Shown here piece by piece: positions 38,860 to 49,750 of a stretch of DNA of 64,000 bases. Within the stretch, counting starts at the first letter, position 1. Every line of letters begins with the position of its first letter. The translations under genes and the position numbers were made by a program. Under the pieces are notes generated by a model that made no database searches, had not been told where the DNA came from, and worked only from the letters and a program-made list of their open reading frames with translations. Source of the stretch: an uncultured Solirubrobacterales bacterium (GTDB lineage Bacteria > Actinomycetota > Thermoleophilia > Solirubrobacterales > Solirubrobacteraceae); NCBI GenBank assembly GCA_963792735.1, contig CAWBXK010000008.1:14306-78305 (forward strand), written 5' to 3'.

Positions 38860-39984
38860 TCACCGCGCGGTCTGCGCGGTCAGCCACCGCAGCAGCGCGT
38901 CCATGCCGGCGATCTCGTACTGATCACGCTGTCGCTGGGCGGCCCCGCCATGCTGGGTCAGCGACGTCAACTCGGCGAGCTGATCGTCACAGCCGAGCTC
39001 ACGGGCGTGTCGATCGGCCACGGCGACCGCCTCACCGAGAAGGTCGCCAAGCGGTCGCAGACGACCCTCCGAATCCGGCAGCCGGGCCTGCACGCCGTAG
39101 CGCGCGGCTCGGAACACGCCTTCCTCGAGCAGCTCAGCGGAGGGGTTGACCGCGGGCGGGGCGTCGGCGGCGTCCCGTGCCAGGCAGTGCACCAGCGCGG
39201 CCAGCGCAGCGGTGCAGGGGAGCGAGGTCTGGACGTCGAGCGCGCGCAGCTCGACGGTGCCCAGCCGGGGATGGGGTCGCAGCTTCCACCAGAACCAGGT
39301 GTAGTCGGGCACGCCGGCCGCGCGGGTCAGCAGCGCCTCCAGCTCACGGAAGTCGTCGAAGTCCACCAGCGCGCGGGGCACGCCTGAGCGGGGCCAGGCG
39401 CGGATCGTCACCTCGCGCGCGGACGCCAGGCCGGTGTCACGACCGTGGCGGAACGGGGAGTTGGCCGCCAGCGCCTGCAGCAGTGGAAGGTGCCGGCGGA
39501 GTCCGTTGTACACGCGGATGGCGGTGTCCGCATCTGGCATCCCGACGTGAATGTGCAGCCCGCCGACCGGCGTCGCGGCGGCATCCCCGAGCAGCTCACG
39601 GATACGCTCGTAGCGCTCCTTATCGGTGATCTCGGCATCGTCCTCGCCGGCCGAGGGATGCGTCCCGGCTCCGATCAGACCGGCGCCGGTGTCCCGGACT
39701 GCACGCCGCATCGCGGCAAGCTGGTCGATCGCCTCGCCGGCCCGCCCGCAGACTTCGCTGATCAGCTCGACCTGGCAGGCGTGCAGCTCGGGCTCGACGC
39801 TGCCGCGCACCGGTTGCAGCTGTCTCTGCACGGCCGTCGAGGAGTTGGCCAGCCGCCCGCTGACAGGATCGACCAGGAACAGCTCCTCCTCGACCCCGAC
39901 CGAGAACGGATCGCCGGAGCCGAACGCCACCTCGCTCTGTGGATCGCCGGACAGGGTGCGGAAATGCCCGCGTCGTGACGGCAC
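38860..39984 (-). CDS. ybdK: YbdK/GCS2 carboxylate-amine (glutamate--cysteine) ligase
   Basis: FSVGVEEELFLVD, GAGTHP, GGLHIHVG, ANSPFRHGRDTGLASAR, WWKLRPHPRLGTVELRALD. Confidence 0.92.
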   Translation of the reverse strand: MPSRRGHFRTLSGDPQSEVAFGSGDPFSVGVEEELFLVDPVSGRLANSSTAVQRQLQPVRGSVEPELHACQVELISEVCGRAGEAIDQLAAMRRAVRDTGAGLIGAGTHPSAGEDDAEITDKERYERIRELLGDAAATPVGGLHIHVGMPDADTAIRVYNGLRRHLPLLQALAANSPFRHGRDTGLASAREVTIRAWPRSGVPRALVDFDDFRELEALLTRAAGVPDYTWFWWKLRPHPRLGTVELRALDVQTSLPCTAALAALVHCLARDAADAPPAVNPSAELLEEGVFRAARYGVQARLPDSEGRLRPLGDLLGEAVAVADRHARELGCDDQLAELTSLTQHGGAAQRQRDQYEIAGMDALLRWLTAQTAR

Positions 39985-40039
39985 GAAACATCGCCCACCC
40001 GGTCCGCCCGCACCCCGGTACCGGCGCTGCGCATCCGGT

Positions 40040-40065
40040 GTTACGGATCCGGGCCGACCCGGGTA
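40040..40065 (+). promoter_or_regulatory. SigB/SigF-type promoter candidate for the fdh operon
   Basis: GTTA-N17-GGGTA, 11 nt before GTG 40077. Confidence 0.55.
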
Positions 40066-40076
40066 GGGTTTCGGTC

Positions 40077-43000
40077 GTGTCGCTCCGCGAGCGCCTGACC
40101 CCGCCCCTGGTTCGCCAACTCGGCTCGGACCCGCTGGGGCTCAGCCGAGCGGCGCAATCCCCGCGCTCGGTCCACCTCACTCCGCGCACCGCGAGTGCCG
40201 ACAAGGTGGTCAGATCGGTATGTCCCTACTGCGCGGTCGGCTGCGGCCAGCGCGTGTATGTCAAGGATGAGCGCGTGATCCACATCGAGGGCGATCCGGA
40301 TTCTCCGATCTCCCGCGGCCGCCTGTGCCCCAAGGGATCGGCGTCCGAGCAGCTGGTCAACTCGCCGCAGCGCGAAACCAAGGTCAAGTACCGGCGGCCG
40401 GGCGGCACCGGCTGGGAGGAGCTGTCGCTCGAGCAGGCGACCGAGATGATCGCCGAGCGCCTGATCCGCGTCCGCGAGGAGACCTGGGAGGACACCAATG
40501 ACGACGGCGAGCCGCTGAAGCGCACACTCGGCGTCCACTTCCTGGGCGGGGCGACACTGGACAGCGAGGAGAACTACCTGATCAAGAAGTTCTTCACCTC
40601 GGCCGGTGCGGTGTCGGTCGAGAACCAGGCGCGGATATGACACAGCTCCACGGTTCCCGGTCTGGGAGCCTCGTTCGGGCGCGGCGGTGCCACCACGTTT
40701 CAGCAGGATCTGCAGAACTCCGACTGCATCCTGATCATGGGCTCCAACATGGCCGAGCAGCACCCGGTCGGCTTCCAATGGGTGGTGGAGGCCAAGGCGC
40801 GCGGAGCCAAGGTGATCCACGTCGACCCTCGGTTCACCCGCACCAGCGCGATGGCCGACCGCCACGTGCCGATCCGGGCCGGAAGCGACATTGCCTTCCT
40901 CGGCGGGATCGTCAACTACATCTTCGAGCACGACGCCTGGTTCCGCGAGTACGTCGAGCACTACACCAACGCCCCGGTCCTGATCCGGGAGGACTTCGAC
41001 GACGCGGAGCACGGAGGCGGACTGTTCTCGGGCTGGAACCCGGAGACGGGCGCCTACGACACCGACAGCTGGGGCTACGACGAGACCTCGCCGGGCTCGC
41101 AGGCGGGGTCGCGGGAAGCCGAGGCCGACCAGTCAGGCGAGCAGTCCCACGGCGCTCATGGGCTGAAGCTGGTGGGGGGCAACCCGCCCCATCTCGACCC
41201 GACGATGGAGCACGAGCGCTGCGTGCTGCAGATCGCCAAACGCCACTTCGCCCGTTACACCCCGGAGCTGGTGGCCGACCTGTGCGGATGCTCAGAGGAG
41301 GACTTCCTCGCGGTGGCCCGGACTCTGTGTGAGAACTCCGGCCGCGAACGCACCTCCGCCATCGTCTACGCGGTCGGCTGGACCCAGCACACGGTGGGGG
41401 TGCAGAACATTCGCGCCGCGTCGATCGTGCAGATGCTGCTGGGCAACATCGGTCGCCCCGGTGGCGGCATCCTCGCCCTGCGCGGGCACGCCAACATCCA
41501 GGGCTCGACCGACATACCGACGCTCTACAACATCCTGCCCGGGTACATCCCGATGCCCCACCCGCAGAGGCATCCAACGCTTCAGGCGTTCGTCGAGCAC
41601 AGCGGACCGGAGACCGGTGCCTGGGGAAACCTGTGCAACTACGTGGTCTCCCTGCTCAAGGCCTGGTGGGGCGACGCCGCCACCGAGGCCAACGATTACT
41701 GCTTCGGCCACCTGCCGCGGATCGACGGCGACCATTCGCACTACGCGATGATGCTGAAGATGCTCGACGGCGGGGTACGGGGTATGTTCTGCGTCGGCCA
41801 GAACCCAACCGTGGGCTCGGCGAACTCAAAGCTGATGCGCCTCGCCCTGGCCAAGCTCGACTGGCTCGTGGTGCGCGATTTCCAGCCCACCGAGACCGGT
41901 TCGTTCTGGCTGGACTCGCCCGAGCATGAATCCGGGGAAGTGCGCGCGCGGGACATCCAGACCGAGGTGTTCTTCCTCCCGACCGCCGCGCACACCGAGA
42001 AGGAGGGCTGCTTCACCAATACCCAGCGGCTGCTGCAGTGGCGTGAGAAGGGCTGCGAGCCACCCGGGGAGGCGCGCTCGGACCTGCACTGGATCTACCA
42101 CCTGGGCCGGGCGGTGCGCCGCAAGCTGGCCGATTCCGACGATCCCAAGGATCGGCCGATCCTCCAGCTGACCTGGGACTACCCGGTCAGCGGACCCCAC
42201 GACGAGCCCGACGCGACCGCGATCTTGCGTGAGATCGGGGGCCACGACGCCGATCGGGCGCCACTGCCCAGCTACGACGCGCTCAAGCCCGACGGCTCGA
42301 CCGCGTGCGGTTCGTGGATCCACGCCGGGATCTTCGCCGATGGCGTCAACCAGGCGGCGCGGCGGCGGCCGGGCTCGGAGCAGAACTGGATCGCCCCCGA
42401 GTGGGGGTGGGCGTGGCCCAAGAACGTCCGCATCCTCTACAACCGCGCCTCGGCCGACCCGGAGGGCAAGCCCTGGTCAGAGCGCAAGCGCTATGTGTGG
42501 TGGGACGCTGACCAGGGGCGCTGGACGGGACTGGGCGACGCGGCCGACTTCCCGACCACCAAAGATCCGGGCTACCGGCCCGACGACGACGCCGAGAGCC
42601 TGGACGCGATCGCGGGTGACAAGCCGTTCATCATCACTCCTGACGGGCGCAGCTGGATCTTCGCCCCGACGGGACTGGTCGATGGGCCGCTCCCGCTCCA
42701 CTACGAGCCCCACGAGAGCCACGCTCGCAATCCCCTCTACGGTCAGCAGCGCAACCCCACCCGGCAGCAGTTCCCGCGGCGCGAGAACGCGTATGACCCC
42801 GGCGGTCCCGAGGAGGGGGTGTTCCCGTATGCGCTCACCACCTACCGCCTGACCGAGCACCACACCGCGGGCGGGATGTCGCGGACCGTCCCGTACCTGG
42901 CCGAGCTGCAGCCGGAGTTCTTCTGTGAGGTCTCACCGGAGCTCGCCGCCGAGCGGGGGCTCGAGCCCGCCGGCTGGGCCACGATCATCACCGCGCGCGC

Positions 43001-43280
43001 GGCCGTCGAAGCGCGCGTGCTGGTGACCGAACGGATCAAGCCGCTGCGGATCCAAGGCAGAACCCTGCACCTCGTCGGTGCTCCGTACCACTGGGGTGGG
43101 GTCGGGGTCGTCACCGGGGACCCGGCCAACGAGCTGCTGCCGATCGTGCTCGACGGCAACGTGCACATCAACGAGTACAAGGTCGCCACCTGTGACATCC
43201 GGCCCGGCCGGCGCCCCCGCGGTCCGGCGCGCCTGGAGCTGGTGGAGCAGTATCGCCGGCGGGCCGGGATCTCCTCGTGA
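40077..43280 (+). CDS. fdnG: Formate dehydrogenase alpha subunit, selenocysteine-containing (Sec at codon 188, TGA 40638-40640), about 1067 aa
   Basis: CPYCAVGCG and RGRLCPKG (4Fe-4S); ENQARI-U-HSSTVPGLGASFGRGGAT; MGSNMAEQHP; LRGHANIQG; TYRLTEHH. Upstream and downstream track ORFs share one frame across the TGA. Confidence 0.95.
40652..40670 (+). promoter_or_regulatory. Bacterial SECIS element of fdh
   Basis: GGTTCCC-GGTCT-GGGAGCC: 7-bp stem (one G-U) with GGUCU loop 18 nt after the TGA, similar to the E. coli fdhF apical loop as I recall it. Confidence 0.85.
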
Positions 43281-44170
43281 AGCTCGAGACTCACAAGTGG
43301 CCGGCCGCCTACGGTGAGCAGGCCAAGCCCCGAAAGGGCTTCTTCACCGACACCTCGATCTGCATCGGCTGCAAGGCCTGCGAGGTCGCCTGCAAGGAGT
43401 GGAACCAGGTGCCGGCCTCGATCGAGGGGTTCAGCGGCAACTCGTACGACAACTCCGTCGCGCTCGGTGCCGATCGCTGGCGCCACGTGGCATTCATCGA
43501 GCAGCGACTCCCGACCGAAGTCGGCGATGGAGCATCGCTGGTCCAATCCGCCGAGCGCCACACCGCCGTCGACGCCGGGGTGGCCAGTCACCAGGAGGGC
43601 GACGGGCTGCGCTGGCTGATGGCCTCCGACGTCTGCAAGCACTGCACCGACGCCGCGTGCCTGGAGGTGTGTCCGACCGGAGCCCTGTTTCGCACCGAGT
43701 TCGGCACGGTGGTCGTCCAGCCGGACGTGTGCAACGGGTGCGGCTACTGCGTATCGGCCTGCCCCTTCGGGGTCATCGACCGTCGCGAGGACGACGGGCG
43801 CGTGTGGAAGTGCACGCTGTGCTACGACCGCCTCAAGGACGATCTGGAGCCGGCCTGCGCCAAGGCCTGCCCCACCGACTCGATCCAGTTCGGCGACCTG
43901 CTTGAGCTGCGCGACCGCGCCGAGCAGCGCGTGGCGAAGCTCCAGGCCGCCGGCCAGGAACGCGCGCAGCTCTACCTCGCCGACGAGCACGACGGGGTGG
44001 GGGGAGCGGGCGCCTTCTTCCTGCTGCTGGACGAGCCCGAGGTGTACGGGCTGCCGCCTGACCCGGTGGACACCGTGCGCGAGCTCGGGTCGATCTGGAA
44101 CGCCACCGGTGCCGCCGCGCTCGCGCTGGGCGCCGGTCTGGCCGCGGCGATGCTCGGCGGGCGACGATGA
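43277..44170 (+). CDS. fdnH: Formate dehydrogenase iron-sulfur (beta) subunit
   Basis: CIGCKACEVACKEWN, CKHCTDAACLEVCP, CNGCGYCVSACP, KCTLCYDR...PACAKACP; C-terminal TM; GTGA overlap. Confidence 0.93.
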   Translation: MKLETHKWPAAYGEQAKPRKGFFTDTSICIGCKACEVACKEWNQVPASIEGFSGNSYDNSVALGADRWRHVAFIEQRLPTEVGDGASLVQSAERHTAVDAGVASHQEGDGLRWLMASDVCKHCTDAACLEVCPTGALFRTEFGTVVVQPDVCNGCGYCVSACPFGVIDRREDDGRVWKCTLCYDRLKDDLEPACAKACPTDSIQFGDLLELRDRAEQRVAKLQAAGQERAQLYLADEHDGVGGAGAFFLLLDEPEVYGLPPDPVDTVRELGSIWNATGAAALALGAGLAAAMLGGRR

Positions 44171-45066
44171 ACGAGGACGCGGAGACCTCATACCACGGGC
44201 AGCCGGTGCTCAAGATGCCGGTGTGGAGCTGGGAGATCCCGTGCTACCTGTTCACCGGCGGGCTGGCCGGCGCGTCGGCCGGCGTCGCGTACCTGGCCGG
44301 GCTGCGGGGCGACCGGACGCTCGCTCGCCGGGCGTGGGTGGTGTCGGCGGCGGGAATCGGCGCCAGCCCGCCGCTGCTGATCTCCGATCTGGGACGGCCG
44401 GAGCGGTTCGCCTACATGCTGCGGGTGTTCAAGGTCACCTCGCCGATGAGCGTCGGTTCCTGGATCCTCTCGGTCTCCGGGACCGGCATCTCGCTGGCGG
44501 CGTTTCACGCTGTCACCGGCAAGCTTCCCCGCGGCGCCGCCCTGGCGCGCCCGGTGGCGGCGCTGTCCGGGCTGCCGCTGGCCACCTACACCGGCGCGTT
44601 GCTGGCCAACACCGCGGTCCCGGCCTGGCATGAAGCCAGACGGACGCTGCCGTTTGTGTTCGGCGCCGGCGCCGCGTTGAGCGCCGGGGCGGCGTGCACT
44701 GCGGTCACGCCGCCCGCCCACGCCGGCGCGGCGCGGCGGCTGGCCCTGGGGGCGGCCGGGGTCGAACTGGCCGCGACCCAGATCATGGAGCGCGGGCTGG
44801 GCGTCCACGCCGAGACCTATCGAACCGGACGCGCGGGCCGGTACTCGTGGCTCAGCCGCGGCTTCATCGTCAGCGGAGCGGCGCTGCTGGCCACCCGCGG
44901 CGCGGTCAGCCGCACGGCCGCGGTGGCCTCAGGCGCGCTGCTGTGCGCCGGCGCGTTCGCGACCCGGTGGACCGTGTTTGAAGCGGGCCGCCGCTCAGCC
45001 GCCGATCCTCGCTACGTGGTCGGTCCGCAGCGCCGGCGGGTCGGCGAGCGACTCCGGTCGGGATGA
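44167..45066 (+). CDS. nrfD: NrfD/PsrC-family membrane anchor subunit
   Basis: WSWEIPCYLFTGGLAG, LISDLGRPERF, SPMSVGSWIL, YTGALLANTAVPAW. Confidence 0.9.
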   Translation: MNEDAETSYHGQPVLKMPVWSWEIPCYLFTGGLAGASAGVAYLAGLRGDRTLARRAWVVSAAGIGASPPLLISDLGRPERFAYMLRVFKVTSPMSVGSWILSVSGTGISLAAFHAVTGKLPRGAALARPVAALSGLPLATYTGALLANTAVPAWHEARRTLPFVFGAGAALSAGAACTAVTPPAHAGAARRLALGAAGVELAATQIMERGLGVHAETYRTGRAGRYSWLSRGFIVSGAALLATRGAVSRTAAVASGALLCAGAFATRWTVFEAGRRSAADPRYVVGPQRRRVGERLRSG

Positions 45067-45067
45067 G

Positions 45068-45091
45068 GTGTACGCACAGACGGGCGGGGTA
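45068..45091 (+). promoter_or_regulatory. SigB/SigF-type promoter candidate
   Basis: GTGT-N15-GGGTA upstream of the pfpI-like gene. Confidence 0.5.
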
Positions 45092-45126
45092 CCCCTTCTC
45101 TAAGCGAGCAATCGATTGGAGTTGAG

Positions 45127-45705
45127 ATGGCAGAAGAACTGAAGGGCAAGAAGATCGCGATCATCGCCACCGACGGCGTGGAGCAGGTGGAGCTGGTCAA
45201 GCCGCGCGAGGCGGTACAGGACGCCGGGGCCGAGGCCGAGCTGCTGTCGCCGGGCGACGGCGAGATCCAGGCGATGAACCACGACCTCGAGCCCGCGGAC
45301 AAGTTCAGCGTCGACAAGCGCATCGGCGATGCTTCGGCCGAGGACTACGACGGGTTGATCCTTCCGGGCGGGACGGTCAACGCCGACAAGCTCCGGATCG
45401 AGGAGGACGTGATCTCGTTCGTGCAGGAGTTCCTCCGGTCGGGCAAGCCGGTCGGGGTGATCTGTCACGGCCCCTGGACACTGGTCGAGGCGGACCTCGT
45501 GCGAGGCCGCACGCTGACCTCGTATCCGAGCATCCGGACCGACATCCGCAACGCCGGCGGAACGGTCGTGGACGAAGAGGTCGTCGTCGACGAGGGGCTC
45601 GTCTCCTCACGGAATCCCGACGATCTGCCGGCCTTCTGCGCCAAGATCGTCGAGGAGTTCGCGGAGGGCCGCCATCAGGTGGCGACCTCCGGCGCCACGG
45701 CGTAA
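45127..45705 (+). CDS. pfpI: PfpI/DJ-1 family (type 1 glutamine amidotransferase-like) protein
   Basis: DGVEQVEL, LILPGGTVNADKLR, VICHGPW, SSRNPDDL. Confidence 0.93.
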   Translation: MAEELKGKKIAIIATDGVEQVELVKPREAVQDAGAEAELLSPGDGEIQAMNHDLEPADKFSVDKRIGDASAEDYDGLILPGGTVNADKLRIEEDVISFVQEFLRSGKPVGVICHGPWTLVEADLVRGRTLTSYPSIRTDIRNAGGTVVDEEVVVDEGLVSSRNPDDLPAFCAKIVEEFAEGRHQVATSGATA

Positions 45706-45810
45706 GCACGCGCTGTTGCCGGCGTTCGGCGGCGGCCGCGCTTTTAGCTCGCCGCTGCGCGCCGGGCCACTACGCCCGCGGACATTCCGAGGCCTAAAAA
45801 TGACGGGCGG

Positions 45811-45835
45811 GTGAGAGGGCAGGCCTGATCGGGTA
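45811..45835 (+). promoter_or_regulatory. SigB/SigF-type promoter candidate
   Basis: GTGA-N16-GGGTA upstream of the GMC cassette. Confidence 0.4.
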
Positions 45836-45905
45836 GTCCCTCCCCGTGCGCCGTCCACGCCGATCGCTTCCTGCCGCGCGCAGGCCGCAGCACCTGATCG
45901 ACCGT

Positions 45906-46325
45906 ATGGCCGCGAACGTCGAGCACGGCCGCTTCGAACGCTCGTTGTCGGGCCTGACGGCGTTTGCGGCGCTGGTGACGACGGCCGAGGTGTATCTGGA
46001 GCACTACCGGGCGAGCTTCGGCCACAAGATGATGTGGAGCCCGATCGTGTTGACGCCGCCGGTGATCGTGGCCGGGGTCGGCGGGGTGTTCTCGCGCCGG
46101 TGGGCCAAGCGCTATCTGCCGGTCAGCGCCGCCCTCTACACCGCCAACGGGCTGCTGGGCGAGTACTACCACGCCCGCGGTGTGGCGCGGCGACCCGGCG
46201 GCTATGACCGCGACGTGGTGGTCTACAACCTCGCCATGGGCCCGCCGATCATGGCGCCCGGGCTGATGTCGATCGTGGGGGCGCTGGGGGTCCTGGCGGC
46301 CGTGCTGCGGCGGGAGGGCGAGTGA
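45906..46325 (+). CDS. Conserved membrane protein (first gene of GMC cassette)
   Basis: Hydrophobic; YLEHYRASF, YYHARGV, GPPIMAPG. Confidence 0.75.
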   Translation: MAANVEHGRFERSLSGLTAFAALVTTAEVYLEHYRASFGHKMMWSPIVLTPPVIVAGVGGVFSRRWAKRYLPVSAALYTANGLLGEYYHARGVARRPGGYDRDVVVYNLAMGPPIMAPGLMSIVGALGVLAAVLRREGE

Positions 46326-47065
46326 CGGACCATCGCAACCTGCGACGTCCCGACCATCTCCCCAACCGGCGGCCGGACCGCCAACCGCCGGATCCGTTGT
46401 GGCTGCCGCGCCAGCGCCGCGGCATAACGCCGCAGATGATCGGCCGGTATCCGGACTACGACGTGTTCACGGCGGAGACCAGTTGGGACCAGGTGACCGC
46501 CCGCGTGGTCAAGCGGCGGCTGGCGACCGGCGGCGCGATGCAGTTCTTCAGCGCCGAGCAGGAGGGCGCGCTGCGTGCGTTCTGTGACACCGCCACCGCC
46601 CAGGACCGGGAGCCGCGGGTCCCGGTGGCGGAGATGATCGACCAGAAGCTGGCCGACGGCCGGCTCGACGGGTTTCGCTACCACGACATGCCCGACGACC
46701 GGGAGACCTGGAAGCTCGTGCTGACCGGGCTCGACGAGGTGGCCCGCGAGCGCGGCGCCGCCGGCTTCGGAGCGCTGGACGCCGCCGATCGTGAGCAGAT
46801 CGTCGCCGCGCTGGCCGCGGGCGAGCTGCTCGGCGGGGCGTGGGAGCGGCTCAACGTCAAGCGAGCCTGGTCGGTCTGCATGAGGGGGATCCTGGCCGCC
46901 TTCTATTCGCATCCGTGGGCCTGGAACGAGATCGGCTTTGGGGGTCCGGCCTACCCCCGCGGCTACATGCGGCTCGGTCAGGGCGTCAGCTCGCTTGAGC
47001 CGTTCGAGCGGGGCGGCGCCACCGACGAGGATCCCGAGCGTGCCGTCCACGAGCAGGATCAGTGA
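46322..47065 (+). CDS. Gluconate 2-dehydrogenase subunit 3 family protein
   Basis: GRYPDYDV, DGFRYHDMPDDRETW, AFYSHPWAWNEIGFGGPAYPRGY. Confidence 0.85.
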   Translation: MTDHRNLRRPDHLPNRRPDRQPPDPLWLPRQRRGITPQMIGRYPDYDVFTAETSWDQVTARVVKRRLATGGAMQFFSAEQEGALRAFCDTATAQDREPRVPVAEMIDQKLADGRLDGFRYHDMPDDRETWKLVLTGLDEVARERGAAGFGALDAADREQIVAALAAGELLGGAWERLNVKRAWSVCMRGILAAFYSHPWAWNEIGFGGPAYPRGYMRLGQGVSSLEPFERGGATDEDPERAVHEQDQ

Positions 47066-48753
47066 CGCTGAGAAGTGTTCTGAAGGGCTCGGTGGGACCG
47101 CGGGCCAACGATTCGCGCTTTCTGCTCGACGTGCACTCGCGGGCCATCCCGGGCCGTGTGCGGATGCGACGCTACCGCGACGACGACAGCGTGGACCTCT
47201 GCATCGTCGGCGCGGGGGCGGGCGGGTCGGTGCTGGCCCAGCGGCTGGCGCGGGCCGGGTGGCGGATCGTCGTGCTCGAGGCGGGACCGTTCTGGGACCC
47301 CGACGCCGACTGGGTTTCAGACGAGGCCGGCTCACACGAGCTGTACTGGACCGAGCCGCGGGTGATCGGGGGCTCGGATCCGGTCGAGCTCGGCAAGAAC
47401 AACTGTGGCCGTGGCGTCGGCGGATCGATGGTCCACTACGCGGGCTACGCGCCGCGCTTTCATCCCTCTGACTTCGAGACCGCGCGGCGCGACGGCGTCG
47501 GCGCCGACTGGCCGGTGTCCTACTGGGACCTCAAGCCCCACTATGAGGAGATCGAGCGCGAGCTGCCGGTGGCCGGCCAGAACTGGCCGTGGGGCGACCG
47601 GCATTCCTATCCGTTCACGCCGCATCCGATCTCCGGCGCGGCGGCGGTGCTGTGGAAGGGCGCCCGGGAGCTCGAGATCGAGATGCGGGTGGGGCCGGTG
47701 GCGATCGTCAACGGCACCTTCGGCAACCGGCCGCACTGCATCTATCGCGGCTACTGCCTGCAGGGCTGCAAGGTCAACGCCAAGGGCAGCCCCTACGTAA
47801 GCCATCTCCCCGACGCCATCGAGCATGGGGTGGAGGTCAGAGCCCGGAGCATGGCCGCCCGCGTTGAGATCGACGAGGGCAGCGGCGCGGCCACCGGCGT
47901 GAGCTATTTCGACGAGGCGAGCGGGCGCGAGCGGATGCAGCGGGCCGACGCGGTGGCGGTGGCGTGCTATTCGATCGAGACACCGCGGCTACTGCTGAAC
48001 TCTGTTTCGAGACGTTTCCCGCACGGGGTCGGAAACGGGGAGGACCAGGTCGGGCGCTACGTGATGGTGCAGGGTGCGGCGCAGACGGCCGGTCGGTTCC
48101 CCGACGAGCTGCGGATGTACAAGGCGCCCCCGCCGGAGGTGTCCTCGGAGGATTTCTATGAGACCGACGCGGCCCGGGGGTTCGCCCGCGGGTTCTCGAT
48201 CCAGACCGTCTCGCCGCTGCCGATCGGCTGGGCCGAGCACGTGCTGGCCGACGGGCACTGGGGCCGGGCGCTGCGGGAGTACATGCGCGACTACAACCAC
48301 TGGGCCACGGTGGGGGTCCTCAACGAACTGCTGCCCCAGGCCAAGAACCGGGTGACCCTGGCTGACGACCGGGATCGATGGGGCCTGCCGGTGTCGCGGA
48401 TGGACTACAGCCTGTGCGAGAACGACCAGCGCAACATCGAGTTCTCGACCGGGGTGATCAAGGACATCCTGGACGCCGCGGGGGCCCAGGACGTTCTCAC
48501 GATCAACCGCTTTGCCCATCTGATCGGGGGAGCGCGGATGGGCTTCACGCCCCAGGACAGCGTGGTCGACGGCGACCATCGCGTCTGGGGAATGCCCAAC
48601 CTCTATCTGTGTGACGGCAGCGTGTGCCCGACCCAGGGCAGCGCCAACCCTGCCCTGACGATCATGGCGCTGGCCTCCCGTCTGGCCGAACGACTCGCGG
48701 CCGGCGCCGCTGTGCCCGCGTCCCTACGATCTCAAGGAGCCCGCCATGGGTGA
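47062..48753 (+). CDS. GMC-family FAD oxidoreductase
   Basis: [50 protein letters not shown]. Confidence 0.93.
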   Translation: MTLRSVLKGSVGPRANDSRFLLDVHSRAIPGRVRMRRYRDDDSVDLCIVGAGAGGSVLAQRLARAGWRIVVLEAGPFWDPDADWVSDEAGSHELYWTEPRVIGGSDPVELGKNNCGRGVGGSMVHYAGYAPRFHPSDFETARRDGVGADWPVSYWDLKPHYEEIERELPVAGQNWPWGDRHSYPFTPHPISGAAAVLWKGARELEIEMRVGPVAIVNGTFGNRPHCIYRGYCLQGCKVNAKGSPYVSHLPDAIEHGVEVRARSMAARVEIDEGSGAATGVSYFDEASGRERMQRADAVAVACYSIETPRLLLNSVSRRFPHGVGNGEDQVGRYVMVQGAAQTAGRFPDELRMYKAPPPEVSSEDFYETDAARGFARGFSIQTVSPLPIGWAEHVLADGHWGRALREYMRDYNHWATVGVLNELLPQAKNRVTLADDRDRWGLPVSRMDYSLCENDQRNIEFSTGVIKDILDAAGAQDVLTINRFAHLIGGARMGFTPQDSVVDGDHRVWGMPNLYLCDGSVCPTQGSANPALTIMALASRLAERLAAGAAVPASLRSQGARHG

Positions 48754-49750
48754 CACCCAACGCCCGGAAGTCGTCGTCGTCACGGGGTCCTCAGGCGGCG
48801 TCGGCCGCGCGATCGCGCATGCGTTCGCCAGGCGGAGCGCGCACGTGGGCCTGGTGGCCCGCGGGGAGAGCGCGTTGCAGGACGTGCGCCGGGAGGTGCA
48901 GGAGCTGGGTGGCCAGGCGCTGGTGGTACCCACCGACGTCGCGCACGCCGAGCAGGTGGAGGCCGCCGCCGAGGCGATCGAGGCGCATTTCGGCCCGATC
49001 GACATCTGGGTCAACGACGCGATGGCGACCGTGTTCGCGCGCGTGATCGACACCACCGCCGAGGAGTTCACCCGCGCCACCCAGGTCACCTATCTGGGCA
49101 CGGTCTACGGAACGATGGCGGCGCTGAAACGGATGACCGCGCGCGATCGCGGGAAGATCGTCCAGGTCGGGTCAGCGCTGTCGTATCGGGCCATCCCCCT
49201 TCAGGCCGCCTACTGCGGCGCCAAGTTCGGCATCCGCGGGTTCACCGATTCGATCCGCACCGAGCTGCTGCACGACCGCAGCCACGTGCAGATCACCATG
49301 GTCCAGCTGCCCGGCGTCAACACCACTCAGTTCAACTGGTGCCGGTCCAAGCTGCCCAATCATCCCCAGCCGGTCCCGCCGATCTATCAGCCCGAGATCC
49401 CCGCCGAGGCCGTGTACTGGGCCGCGCACCACCACCGCCGCGAGCTGTGGGTCGGCTACAGCGCCGTCGAAGCGATCGTGGGCAACATGATCGCGCCCAG
49501 CCTGGCCGATCGCTACCTGGCCAAGACCGGCATCTCCGGACAGCAGATCAAGAACAGGCCGGTTGCCCCGGATCGCCCCGACAACCTGTTCGAGCCGGTG
49601 CCCTCGCTGGCGGCCACGCACGGCATCTTCGACGACCAGGCCAAGTCCCGCAGCCCGCAGCTGTGGGCCACGACGCACCGCTCGCAGATCGCGGCGGCCG
49701 CGCTTGGTGCGGTGCTCGGAGCGGTCGCAGTGACGTCACGGTTGCGATGA
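48746..49750 (+). CDS. SDR-family oxidoreductase
   Basis: TGSSGGVG, WVNDAM, YCGAK (YxxxK). Confidence 0.93.
   Translation: MGDTQRPEVVVVTGSSGGVGRAIAHAFARRSAHVGLVARGESALQDVRREVQELGGQALVVPTDVAHAEQVEAAAEAIEAHFGPIDIWVNDAMATVFARVIDTTAEEFTRATQVTYLGTVYGTMAALKRMTARDRGKIVQVGSALSYRAIPLQAAYCGAKFGIRGFTDSIRTELLHDRSHVQITMVQLPGVNTTQFNWCRSKLPNHPQPVPPIYQPEIPAEAVYWAAHHHRRELWVGYSAVEAIVGNMIAPSLADRYLAKTGISGQQIKNRPVAPDRPDNLFEPVPSLAATHGIFDDQAKSRSPQLWATTHRSQIAAAALGAVLGAVAVTSRLR

Noticed and set aside
40638-40640. Two separate fdh genes or an fdh pseudogene
   Set aside because: The TGA is at the canonical Mo/W-ligand Sec position and has a SECIS.
45711-45745. Terminator after pfpI
   Set aside because: The stem needs three G-U pairs and the T-run is offset from it; too weak to list.
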